Shown here piece by piece: positions 21,074 to 31,437 of a stretch of 41,053 nt of DNA. The stretch lies in contig MRSU01002257.1 of the NCBI GenBank assembly GCA_008369845.1, positions 1 through 41,053 on the forward strand, in the 5' to 3' direction. The stretch is from Trichomonas gallinae (taxonomy: Eukaryota). The notes under the pieces were generated by a model, which had not been told where the DNA came from, ran no database searches, and saw nothing but the letters and a program-made list of their open reading frames with translations. Numbering within the stretch: the stretch's first letter is position 1; every line of letters begins with the position of its first letter. Both the position numbers and the translations under genes were made by a program.

Positions 21074-21648
21074 TATATTAAATCACGAATCAAAACTCTC
21101 ATTATATGGTTTATGATTTTTTTTTTTTTTCATATTCATATTTTGAGTAATTACTTTGAGTTGTCTAATATATATCTATAGAAGGAGACCCAACTCAAAA
21201 GTATATAGACTTGTATTTGTTATTTTTGTCACATCATTGATTAATTCGCCACTATAACAAAATAGATTGATAAAGGTGAAATACATACTAGACAGCTACA
21301 TCGAGTTGGCCGACTTCATCGAGATAATAAGTGTAATAAAGCCTTACGTGAAGAAGGAAGTCTTCGGGAAAATACACTCCGCTGTAGATTTTACACTTTG
21401 AAAATGCATTGAAATTTGAATTAAAATAATCGTTTAGGTAATAATATTTGTTATGTGTAACGTATTAATGATGGAATGATATTTTTATATATAACAGTAA
21501 GATAGTTTAATTACTGTGTTCTTGCTGTTCAAATGATCTATTTTGATTTCCGTGACAAAGGAAAACTATTATGAATTTACGTGTCAAAATATTATTAACA
21601 TGTTAAATTTTTAAAATTTTATTAGTCAAAAAAAAAACATTCTTATCA

Positions 21649-21957
21649 ATGCTCAAATCTATGAGGCAAAATTCTATAAATCTAAATTCCAAGTTTGTAC
21701 CTTTCACTGTACGCCACAATTTCTCGGTTTCTAGTGAAGAAACATCTGTTACTGAAATTCATGGATTTGGAGATCTCAAAAAAAACTATAGCGAGTTGAA
21801 AGAGAAATTAGATGAGATGGATAAAAATATGGAGAAAAACGAAAACTTCCAATTCGAAGCAACTGCTGAAGAAATTAAAGAAGTCGAGGAATTGTTCAAT
21901 AAAAAACAACGTTCGTCTAGACAGATTTTAGCACTCCGCCCAAAGATAGTACCTTAG
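21649..21957 (+). CDS. Small hypothetical protein (102 aa, short coiled coil)
   Basis: ATG-initiated ORF with coding-like composition between AT-rich flanks. Confidence 0.6.
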   Translation: MLKSMRQNSINLNSKFVPFTVRHNFSVSSEETSVTEIHGFGDLKKNYSELKEKLDEMDKNMEKNENFQFEATAEEIKEVEELFNKKQRSSRQILALRPKIVP

Positions 21958-22580
21958 CGAGAATTTTCATCATATTAATGTTATAGAATCTATTTATTGC
22001 GATTGTAAATATTCATTGTTAATCAAAAATTATTTTTGAATATTTTATATGATTAAATGCAAGGAGAATTTCGTCTTCTTCTGTTATTTTTGATTCATTT
22101 CATCACTTTTCTATTTGAAATTTTACATTCAATAAATATCAAATGTTCAGCAGCAAAATTGATAAATTTTATGTCTTGCCAATATCATATTTGCATTATC
22201 AACGCAATAAATGAAATCATGAGAAAAAATAATGAAATAATGCGTAATGATTCTTGATTGTGTGAATTTAAATCTAAAAATCAATAAATATTGAATTATT
22301 ATAATCCGAAGCTTCTGAAAATGAATTTTAAATCGAAATTTTATCAATAAAATCAAACCCTTAATGTTTTTCTGTAATTTGAATCTAGAAATAATATTTA
22401 GGATAGTTACATGTGCTATACAACAATGATTTATGGTCACATTTCGACAAAACAATTTGATCGATTGTTGTTATATGAAAATGCGCTGTGAAATCTTAAT
22501 ATATGTGATGTGTATGATGTGTATATTCCAAAAATAGAGTTAAAAAGGCAAGCAACAGACTGACACTTTTAATCAGAATA

Positions 22581-24389
22581 ATGGATGAAAATGAGAAGAA
22601 AACAGATCCAGAGGCTCAGCTTCGTATCATAGAGAAAGCTTATGATACTTCCACTACGCAACTCACTCATCTGGAATCAACAATACAGAAGTTCATAACA
22701 AATTTTGCAACACAAGAAATTTCTCTGACGGAACTATACAATAAAATGAACCAGCAGCAGAACATATATAAGAATATAGTAAAAGTTAGGAGATATATCG
22801 AAGAAATTCAGAATCAATTACACACATCACAACAATTACAACCAGTCTTCCAAACTTCCATAGAGGACAACTTCGACAACTATATGAATGCCATGAATCA
22901 CGCATTAGAATCACGTTCTTACCTTAACAGATTCCAATTTCAAGATGCTTATGACGAAAGACAAACGCTAAGTGCTTTGTTGGAAGATGCCAAAAAGCAA
23001 GTATTGAGATATTTTAGTGATCTAGCTACTCGTTCGGCAACATTAATAGATATGACTATATTCACATTCGAAAATAACAAATTTGTGATTACAGATGAAT
23101 TATACAATAATCCCATTTATCCTGTACCTGAAGATATCCTCAAAAAGATGAACAGAATGGCATCAGCTCTTGACATGGCGAGATGCGAAGATCATGTCGC
23201 AGTTTACTACAAAGCACGTCAAAAAGCTATAAATGAGAGTCTAGGAACAATTGGAAATGAATCAAAAAAGCGCACAGTCCTTCCAGGACCATTAAATATT
23301 TTAGATCTCCCAACATATCAGCCGCATTCGCATCCAGTGCACATATTTGCACATCTCATCAGTGTCTTCTACAAGAGAGAACAAGCATTCGCAAAAGCGG
23401 TCTTCGGAGATAAATATTTGCAACCATTTAATCTTTCTTTCTCGTCTTGTTTCACTTTGTTCATCAAGATCATCAATGCCCTCCAAGCCAATGTGCAAGC
23501 ACACATAGACATTCTCTTTGAGATAGATTTAGTCGGAACAATTGTCGATGTTTTGGATTCTTTAGTCAATGAAGAAGATTTCTCGTCATATGCAGTACAG
23601 CTGGCCCAATTGTCCCACAGCTTCCACCAATCTATAGAACGAGTCCTCAGCCAATACAAGCAGGCAGTGGAGCATCATGATCCAAACACAATCCCAGCCA
23701 GTGGATCAGTTACTGCCCTGGTGTCAAACACGATTATGTTTTTGATACAGCTTTCTAACTACAAGACAGGTTTGTCCCAGGTTGGTGGACTGAGCTTGGA
23801 CCAGTACGTACCGCAAGTACTGGACGTCCTGGATAAGAACGTGAGAGAAAAAGCAACGCATTACCAGGATATAGTTCTCAGGCAGCTCTTTTTGATGAAC
23901 AACGCTCACTATGCTTACGTCAGCATAGAATCCAAACCTGAATTCGCAGCGATAGTCCCAACTGAGTTCAAGCAGATGCTGGAGAGCGTGATACAGGATG
24001 CGCAGAAGCTGTATATGAATGAGACATGGAACAAGGCTTTCGCTATCTTGTCTTACAACAACGCATTCGATGGTGTCAAGAAAGGCATGAAACTTACTCA
24101 GCAGCAGAAATCTATATTAAAATCTAAGTTCAAGAACTTCAAGGAGGCTGTTCTAGAGATCCAGCAGAAGCACAACGCTTACTGCCTCAAGAACACGAAA
24201 CTTATGGAGCCAATAATGAATGAAGCCATTTCTAAAACTCACTCGAAGTTTGAGACATTCTACATGAGATGGCACGACTCTGGATTCGCCAATCACCCTG
24301 AGAAGTACACTGCTGTTCAGCCATCAACTCTCGAAGGCATCATCAACAGAATGTACGGACCAAAACGTGCTGCAAAGCGTTCTTTGTAA
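22581..24389 (+). CDS. EXO70: Exocyst complex subunit Exo70
   Basis: 602-aa helical protein with Exo70 blocks PASGSVTALVSNTIMFL, LFLMNNAHY, KSKFKNFKEA and FANHPEKY. Confidence 0.9.
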   Translation: MDENEKKTDPEAQLRIIEKAYDTSTTQLTHLESTIQKFITNFATQEISLTELYNKMNQQQNIYKNIVKVRRYIEEIQNQLHTSQQLQPVFQTSIEDNFDNYMNAMNHALESRSYLNRFQFQDAYDERQTLSALLEDAKKQVLRYFSDLATRSATLIDMTIFTFENNKFVITDELYNNPIYPVPEDILKKMNRMASALDMARCEDHVAVYYKARQKAINESLGTIGNESKKRTVLPGPLNILDLPTYQPHSHPVHIFAHLISVFYKREQAFAKAVFGDKYLQPFNLSFSSCFTLFIKIINALQANVQAHIDILFEIDLVGTIVDVLDSLVNEEDFSSYAVQLAQLSHSFHQSIERVLSQYKQAVEHHDPNTIPASGSVTALVSNTIMFLIQLSNYKTGLSQVGGLSLDQYVPQVLDVLDKNVREKATHYQDIVLRQLFLMNNAHYAYVSIESKPEFAAIVPTEFKQMLESVIQDAQKLYMNETWNKAFAILSYNNAFDGVKKGMKLTQQQKSILKSKFKNFKEAVLEIQQKHNAYCLKNTKLMEPIMNEAISKTHSKFETFYMRWHDSGFANHPEKYTAVQPSTLEGIINRMYGPKRAAKRSL

Positions 24390-24977
24390 AATCTATTTTA
24401 TTTCTATACCAATAATATGATTTTTACAGTTAAATCTCTACCTTATTCATTAAAAATATGATTACTAGTCGTCAAATTCATAATTCGCATAATTTAACTC
24501 AATCATTTGAATCAAATCTAGAAAATCATTATATATAGATAGTTTGAATGTTTGTTTATATGATTGGATTTATTATATCTATAATATGCACAGTGTATGG
24601 GCTTCAAATATTATTAATTTGATCTTTTCAAAATATATTTCGAAATTGCAGATTTCGTATATGATTTTTAACACTTTTATCGCATGAGTAAAGTAAACTT
24701 AAACTAATTTAAGGTGATTGACCGAAAAATAAAATTCCAAAAAAAATATTAATGCAATTTACCGACTATTAATACAATTTTTGGTAAGTATATTGTCTGT
24801 ATATAACAAATTAAAGAGAAAATTACGTGATTGCCATAAATAATATTTTTCGATAAAAATATCAAACGAAATAGAGCATCCTTACCACGTAAAAACGAGA
24901 GTGCTGTTGCTGTACTGTCTAGCTAAAGAACTCTCGTGACCAGAATGTGTTATCGATTATAAAAGTGTCACTTCACA

Positions 24978-25469
24978 ATGTCTGTCGATTTTGAAATTGT
25001 TCAAGTTGAGAATCCAAAGGAGCTCAACCTCATCTTCGGCCAGTCCCACTTCATCAAGACCGTCGAGGATATCTACGAGTGCGTCATCTCCAGCGCAATG
25101 GGAATTAAGTTCGGTGTTGCCTTCTGCGAGGCCTCTGGACCATGCTTGATCCGCAAGGCTGGTAACGATGATGAACTTATCGAGCTTGCCGTCAAGAATG
25201 CCCAAAAGATCGGCTGCGGCCACTCTTTCATCTTATTCCTCGACAAGGCCTTCCCAATCAACGTTTTACACGCTCTCCGCACTGTCCCAGAGATCGTCAA
25301 CCTCTACTGCGCTACAGCTAACCCACTCCAGGTTATCGTTGCCAAAACATCACAGGGCCGCGGCGTTTGCAGCGTCATCGACGGCTTCTCACCAAAGGGT
25401 GTCGAAGGAGAGAAGGAAACACAAGACAGAAAGGACTTCCTCCGCATGATCGGTTACAAGTGCAAGTAA
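24978..25469 (+). CDS. Adenosine-specific kinase / AMP-binding family protein (DUF355, PAE2307/Ta1353-like), prokaryote-type
   Basis: Motifs GQSHFIKTVED, AFCEASGPCL, GHSF, FPINVL, CATANP, VIDG and terminal FLRMIGYK. Inr TCACT, strong C-ending codon bias, stop within TAAA. Confidence 0.88.
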   Translation: MSVDFEIVQVENPKELNLIFGQSHFIKTVEDIYECVISSAMGIKFGVAFCEASGPCLIRKAGNDDELIELAVKNAQKIGCGHSFILFLDKAFPINVLHALRTVPEIVNLYCATANPLQVIVAKTSQGRGVCSVIDGFSPKGVEGEKETQDRKDFLRMIGYKCK

Positions 25470-25686
25470 ATCCTTTTATTATACGGCATCACATTCACTA
25501 CACTTAGCATTACATATTTTCGTGTAATTTTTGATTTCATTGAAAAAATATAATATTTTGTTAATATCTTTGGGGATTTTTGAGATTTAGAATGCTGATG
25601 AGTATAGTAATGTTTTGCTGTTAGTAAATTTGAAAAATTATTAATTTGGGAATTTTGACATGTAAAATATTTATTTGACAAAAAGT

Positions 25687-25694
25687 AGCCGTTT
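25687..25694 (+). promoter_or_regulatory. M3-like (Myb-type) core promoter element AGCCGTTT
   Basis: Matches DRCSGYTD, 22 nt upstream of ATG 25717. Confidence 0.55.
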
Positions 25695-25716
25695 AAAATA
25701 TATTATAAAACTAAAA

Positions 25717-27441
25717 ATGAGCAATTTTGTCAGCGACATTGGGTATTTAAATGACGAAATTATGCGTCTTATAGCCGAAAATTCGAAACTAAAGCAGCAG
25801 GAAAACGAAGAAATGGAAAAAACATTTGAAAATAAAATTCGATCTTTGTTAGATGAAATTAAAGAGTTGACAGAGAGAAATAAGATGTTGGAAAACAAAG
25901 TTATGAAGTCAGTTTCTGCAGATCACTACGAAAACGAGAAAAAGAATTTCGAAACTCAGTTAAAAGAAGTGCAAGACAAATTAAAAGCTGCTACAAGTAA
26001 GCTAGAAATACAGCAAGAACTTACACTAAAATTAAAATCACATTTGCCTTCATATTCAGAAGAAGCTGATCAAAATTCGCAAAATATTGAATTAAAGGAA
26101 AAATTAGTCGAAGCATTACAGCAAAAATCTAATCTGGAAATGGAAATTTCTCAAATGCAGATCAATCATCAAGCAGAAGTCGATACATTAACAGATAAAG
26201 TCATAACATTAACAAAACAGCTAAATGAGGTTACAGATATAGAAAACAACTACAAAGAAGCGCAAAATACGATCGCACAATTGCAAGAAAACGCAAAAAT
26301 TTATGAACAAGTGAAATTACTGAATAAACGCAGTCTTAACCACGAAATTACATTGCGCACAAAAGCAGAGCAAACTATAGAAGAAATGAGAAATCAAATA
26401 CAGCAGTTCACAAGCAAATTCGAATCCGAATTCGCTACATCTCAAACAGTTGTCGAATCTTTGTCTCAGCTCTTAAACTGTATCCCAACAGAAATAGTTT
26501 CCATTGTCCAAAATCTTTTGGTTGTCCAAGAGTCAAAAAATACAAGCGATTTAAAGATGAAAGAAATGCAAGAGAAAATAAAAGAACTCAGCGACGAGAC
26601 AACGGCCAAGAAAGACTACGTGAAAGACCTCCAGGAAGAGAGGACAAGAAGTGAAGAACTTGCACGCGAACTGGCAATCGTCAGACAAACAGTCATAGAG
26701 CAGAACGAGCAAATAGAACTACTGAAGGAAGAAAGTGATAAAAAAATCGACGAATTGCAGCAATTACATGATATTGAGGTAAGGAATTTCCAGGACGAAC
26801 TCGACGCTGCCAACACTAAAATCTCGCAGCTAGAACAAATTAAAGTTCCTTCATCAATAAAATCAAATAAATCATCGAACAGAACTACACCGATTTCTAA
26901 GTCATCTCTGACTCCAATTAGGTCAGGTAACACTACACCAATACGCGGTCTTTTGAAAGAAGCTGCAGGTGATGATACAGATGCAAATTATCTGCAGAAT
27001 ATCACAGATTTCATCGACATCGTCAGCAATTTCTGCAAGGCTGATGAATTCAAGGAGAATGAAGGAATGAAAGCTGTTGGAGATTTGTTTGCATTTTTGA
27101 TAGAAAGGCCGTTCAATCAGGATGGTGCGCTGGCTGCTGTTGAGAGCATGGTGGATATACTAAAGAGCACTGAGATATCAATAAGACACACAGCTGACAT
27201 CAAAGACGCAATTGTCGCCGAATTTGCTTCTTTCTCTGATGATGTAAGTGCAAAAATTGCTGAGCTTGAAGAACAGATCGTCAGAGTTCAAGGAAAAATG
27301 AAATCAACAATGAGAACAAAGAAGCCAGCGAAATCGAAGATTCCAATGTTCAACAAAAGAGCTGGAGAACCAATTCTTTCGCCATCAAGAAGGAACTTAG
27401 TGGATGAGCTCAATCAGCAAAGTGTGAGGATTCGATTTTAA
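25717..27441 (+). CDS. Coiled-coil protein with S/T-P sites and basic C-terminal tail
   Basis: The ORF track starts at TTG 25675; the first ATG, in an AAAAATG context, is 25717. Long heptad region, three TPI motifs, SKIP and SPSRR near the C-terminus. Confidence 0.8.
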   Translation: MSNFVSDIGYLNDEIMRLIAENSKLKQQENEEMEKTFENKIRSLLDEIKELTERNKMLENKVMKSVSADHYENEKKNFETQLKEVQDKLKAATSKLEIQQELTLKLKSHLPSYSEEADQNSQNIELKEKLVEALQQKSNLEMEISQMQINHQAEVDTLTDKVITLTKQLNEVTDIENNYKEAQNTIAQLQENAKIYEQVKLLNKRSLNHEITLRTKAEQTIEEMRNQIQQFTSKFESEFATSQTVVESLSQLLNCIPTEIVSIVQNLLVVQESKNTSDLKMKEMQEKIKELSDETTAKKDYVKDLQEERTRSEELARELAIVRQTVIEQNEQIELLKEESDKKIDELQQLHDIEVRNFQDELDAANTKISQLEQIKVPSSIKSNKSSNRTTPISKSSLTPIRSGNTTPIRGLLKEAAGDDTDANYLQNITDFIDIVSNFCKADEFKENEGMKAVGDLFAFLIERPFNQDGALAAVESMVDILKSTEISIRHTADIKDAIVAEFASFSDDVSAKIAELEEQIVRVQGKMKSTMRTKKPAKSKIPMFNKRAGEPILSPSRRNLVDELNQQSVRIRF

Positions 27442-27638
27442 AGAAAAAATAAAATATTTTTTTGTTTGTACAATAATCAAAGCTTCTCTTTTTATAGAAT
27501 GTCTTATAAGACTCAAACTTCTTTGACTAATTTAGTTTGAATTATCAAAAGTCCAGGTAAACAGTCACATGCAACTTATCTTGTGAAAAATTGAGAAATT
27601 TTTGCATGTGAAGGGATGAGTTCACTTCTAAATTATAT

Positions 27639-27803
27639 ATTGGTACAACATACTCGTGCGTTGGTGTGTTTAGAAACAACCGGGTCCACATCTTGGGCAA
27701 CGATATGGGTTACAGAATAACACCATCATACGTCGCATTCACAGAAGACGAGCGTCTCGTCGGTGATGCAGCAAAAAAAAAACAGGCTGCAATGAACCCA
27801 TAG
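27639..27803 (+). pseudogene. HSP70: Hsp70 (BiP-like) N-terminal ATPase-domain fragment
   Basis: Translates to [54 protein letters not shown]. No in-frame ATG upstream, the GIDL before GTT is lost, and it ends at TAG 27801-27803. Confidence 0.92.
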
Positions 27804-27950
27804 AAGTTTTGGCATTGATTCAGAGAACTTTATAAGTATGTTCATTTTGAGAAGCATCAATCAAAACTGTTTTATTTCACAATTTTTTTTTCATTCTGAT
27901 ATATTCACATGTACATGCAAAAACAAACAAAAGTCATAACAAAATTGATC

Positions 27951-28562
27951 TTACTCGTATGAATGTGGATTATAGATGCCATACTTTTCGCAGAAATTGA
28001 TTGCCTGTGTTTTCAAATCTTTGTTGTATTCAACAACAGGAACTTTCATTACTCGATTGAAATGATAAAATCCAAATTCATTATTAATATCGCTCTCAAT
28101 CAAACATTGCTTGAATCTCGGAATACGGTGTCTGAACTTTAATGGAATGCCAGAAGGCCAATCATGCGTCACGAATATATTTGAATCACTTAAACCTTAA
28201 GTTTGGAATACTGAGAAGGCTCTAGTACAATAAATGGAACGCGTTTGATTATTGCGAATTGGATACTCTTCAAAGACAGATTTTACGTAAAATTGGAAGC
28301 TCGTAGATTTGATCTCCTACTTCGTTATTTCCACCAATAACAAGCATCTTGCATGGTGATTTCTTCTCTCCTGTAAATATCTTATAAAATTCTCCAAAAC
28401 CTATAGTACCTTTTCGACGTTTATAAGATTTCAAATCATCATCAGTCCTAAATGCTTCTAAATCACCAAGTTGATTTTTGTGCCATTGTTAACCAGCTCA
28501 TTGACCTTATCAACGACAATGTCCCATGATCCATGGACGCATCCGCATACAAAGGCTCTCAT
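27951..28562 (-). pseudogene. DBR1: Lariat debranching enzyme (Dbr1)-like pseudogene with frameshifting deletions and an internal stop
   Basis: Colinear Dbr1-like blocks across frame changes: MRAFVCGCVHG; LGDLEAFRTDDDL…GEFYKIFTGEKKSP…IGGNNE…YELP; FEEYP…TRSIY…*…IFVTHDWPSGI; terminal TQAINFCEKYGIYNP. Inr TCATT retained upstream. Confidence 0.85.
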
Positions 28563-29053
28563 TACAAAAAATGATTTCTCGGAATTTTTGACACAAAAAT
28601 TTTTAGAAAAAAAATATAGAAAATTTTATATATAGTTGAGCATGTGTGCTAACAGTATATAAAACAAAAATAGACAAAATTTTTGAAAATTTTTCTCGAG
28701 AAAAATTTGATTACAATCAAAACGAATAACTAAAGCTAATAAGCAAAAACAGTAATGATAGCATACATGCATATTCATATGAAGATTTAAATTAATGAAT
28801 TCGTCAAATAATTGGATCAAATCGGAAAAACTATTAGGACATGAGATGAAAATTATATTTATCGAATTATTTTTCTTTTGTCATGTAAATTAATTTTGTT
28901 GTGTAAAATGACATGAAAAATGTCAAAATTTAATATTTTATTAGAATTAAAATAATCATATGTTGTAAATTATAGATCTGCAAAAATTGGAATCGATTGG
29001 AATAAGGTTAAAAATGGATTGGCAAAATTTTTTTGAAAAAATGTGACAATTGA

Positions 29054-30979
29054 ATGGAAAATGATTCAAAAAGTTCATCGATGCAAAATAGAGAAGATAT
29101 TCCATGTGAACTAGTGGATTATGACCTTTATATTCAAGAACAGCTAGAGAATCTTACAGATACAAATTTTCAAGATCTGGTTGAATTCATTAACAAGAAA
29201 ATTTTCCCGTATAGCTATGGTGTAGCGATGCTCATATGTGATATTATATCTATGATTAAGTACTTCCCAAAAAAAGTTGAAATATTAGCGAGATTTACTA
29301 TTGAAGTCGACAAACAATACAAACAATACATTATAGACAACAAAATTGATATTAAAGTAACTGAAATATGGCTAAAAGAAGACGATCTTTCGTATGATTT
29401 TCCAATTTTATATAAAATAATCAAACAAGGTTTATATATTCCAAGAATGATATTCGAACTCGATAAGCATGAAGAAATTAAAGATCTTGGTCCATTCAAA
29501 AATCAAGAGCCAGGATTTAAAAAAATGTTCGATTTTGAAAATCCTGAAAATAAAGACATTGATCGACAGAGTGGTTATAACAAAGAATCTATTGAAAACA
29601 TTATATACTATGATGATATTGAAAAACTCAAAAATCATGCAGATCAGATAGATTTTTCGAAAGAAATCGAAATCAAAAATTTTTACGACGCCTGCTCAAT
29701 GTACTCGATTCAAAAGAAGAATTTGAAACTGACATATCTCGAATTTGCAGCTATGCACGGATCTAAAAAATGTTTTGACTATATTTTAACGAAAAACCCA
29801 ACTATCAACTATAAGGCACTCAAAATGTCGATAAATGGAGATAATCAAGAAATTATCGATCATCTTTTCCAATATTTCGAAGATAAACTTAAAAATGATG
29901 AAATTGAAGGACAGAGAACGATACAATCAGCTCCAAATCGACAAATACCAACGCGGCGCTTTGGGCGTCCAAAACAAGATACAAGCAAAAAGTTGGCAAG
30001 TTCTGCTCTGCTGAGTGATAAAAAAAACACAACTCCTTCGAATTCAGCTAATCTGACTAAATATGGAATAAGGTCAAGATTGAGACGTCATGCAATCAAA
30101 AATCACAGATTTGAAAAATTCGTTTTTCTTTTTGAATCGAAATCGGAAACGGAGGACAATGAGAAATACCTGCGTGACTTGGAAGTTTGCTGCATTTACA
30201 ATAATACAAGAGCTGCATGCAAAATTATCGAAAAATATCCAGAAAGTGTTGAATATCCACAATCTAAAGATCCAAAAATCTGCTTTTGTAAGCCTTTGCA
30301 CCGCGCATTACAAGGAAACTCTCTTGGCTGCATTTTGAAATTATTAAATAATCCAAGAGTTTCTCCGGACCAACCTGCAACAAACTTTTCCATCCCAATG
30401 AACTGGTCTGCAGGCTGGAACTGCATCGAAGGAACAAGATTGCTCATGATGAAGGGTGCACATATAAATCGCGAGGGAAAATGTCGTCAGCCGTTGATGA
30501 GCGCTTGCGGAAAGGATTATTCGGTCATTGTTGATATGTTTTTGAAGAATAACGTTGAAATCAATCACCTTGACAGCAAAGGCTCTTCCAGTTTACTTCA
30601 AGCAGTGGAAAATAACTGCTGGAAGTCATGTTACTTGCTTTTGAAGGCAGGAGCCGATATTGATTATCAAGATCCAAGAAATGGATGCACAGCCCTTCAC
30701 AACGCCGTATACAAGGGTTATAGCCTCTGCACTGCCTTGCTCGTTAGGTTTGGTGCGAAGACTAACATCCCTGATAAATTTGGAATCACGGTTGAGCAAT
30801 TTCTTGAGAATTCGAACGGATATGAAGAGATAAAGAACATACTCAACTTCAATTACAGGTCAGACGTTAGATATAAAGTGTTGGAAAAGGCAGGATTTAA
30901 TGTTGAAAAAGATTTTGGACCAGAAGAGTCGGAAAAGATAATAAGACCCAAACTCCAGTACCCTGATGAGGTTGCGTGA
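29054..30979 (+). CDS. Ankyrin-repeat protein (trichomonad expanded family)
   Basis: LEFAAMHGSKKCFDYIL N-terminal repeat and C-terminal ankyrin repeats (KPLHRAL, GSSSLLQAV, GCTALHNAV). Confidence 0.88.
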   Translation: MENDSKSSSMQNREDIPCELVDYDLYIQEQLENLTDTNFQDLVEFINKKIFPYSYGVAMLICDIISMIKYFPKKVEILARFTIEVDKQYKQYIIDNKIDIKVTEIWLKEDDLSYDFPILYKIIKQGLYIPRMIFELDKHEEIKDLGPFKNQEPGFKKMFDFENPENKDIDRQSGYNKESIENIIYYDDIEKLKNHADQIDFSKEIEIKNFYDACSMYSIQKKNLKLTYLEFAAMHGSKKCFDYILTKNPTINYKALKMSINGDNQEIIDHLFQYFEDKLKNDEIEGQRTIQSAPNRQIPTRRFGRPKQDTSKKLASSALLSDKKNTTPSNSANLTKYGIRSRLRRHAIKNHRFEKFVFLFESKSETEDNEKYLRDLEVCCIYNNTRAACKIIEKYPESVEYPQSKDPKICFCKPLHRALQGNSLGCILKLLNNPRVSPDQPATNFSIPMNWSAGWNCIEGTRLLMMKGAHINREGKCRQPLMSACGKDYSVIVDMFLKNNVEINHLDSKGSSSLLQAVENNCWKSCYLLLKAGADIDYQDPRNGCTALHNAVYKGYSLCTALLVRFGAKTNIPDKFGITVEQFLENSNGYEEIKNILNFNYRSDVRYKVLEKAGFNVEKDFGPEESEKIIRPKLQYPDEVA

Positions 30980-31437
30980 CTTATTTGTTTGTAAATATTT
31001 GTAATTTTATCAAAATTCAATTTTTATTCACGAGTTTAACATAATTGTAATCGATAGATATATTAAGTAATGCTGATTTATTAAATATATTGACGTAATT
31101 GGTTAATAATTCTAATAATTCAATATCTTTATATATTTTGTACAATTTTCAATCTTTTGAAGTGAAGAAAATGATAGATGTGTAATAAAACATGGAATCC
31201 TTGACTATTTTTTGAATTATTTCATGAATAAAAAATTCATCGAATATTAAACTTAAATTATGTTCGTAATTACGAAGTATGTACCTAAGCTTACTCCGAA
31301 TCACTGTCGCTTAAAATTTGTGAAAATATTATCGAAAAAATAAAATTTGATGAAGCAGTAATATGTAAGAATTGGTATGTATTCGATGAATTTTGATATT
31401 AAAAACGAAAGATTTGAATTAATTGAAAAATTATGAA

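Noticed and set aside
21279..21288. Minus-strand GTATGTATTT identical to the intron 5' splice site (second intron or trans-splicing half?)
   Set aside because: No ACTAACACACAG partner, no upstream exon and no complementary pairing segment seen. An AT-rich 10-mer can occur by chance.
22057..22455. Short ORFs 22057-22257, 22147-22455 and similar (20864-21181, 28626-28820, 37028-37231, 39138-39332)
   Set aside because: I/F/K/N-rich translations of AT-rich intergenic DNA, several with non-ATG starts.
24957..25449. Overlapping antisense and alternate-frame ORFs over the adenosine-kinase-family gene (likewise those within 1032-2711, 16273-19053 and 32941-34521)
   Set aside because: Shadow ORFs caused by codon bias of the real genes; no motifs or Inr context.
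25675..25716. TTG start extension of the 588-aa ORF (also 32131-32151)
   Set aside because: Eukaryotic context. Downstream ATGs have proper promoter context and the extensions overlap promoter elements.
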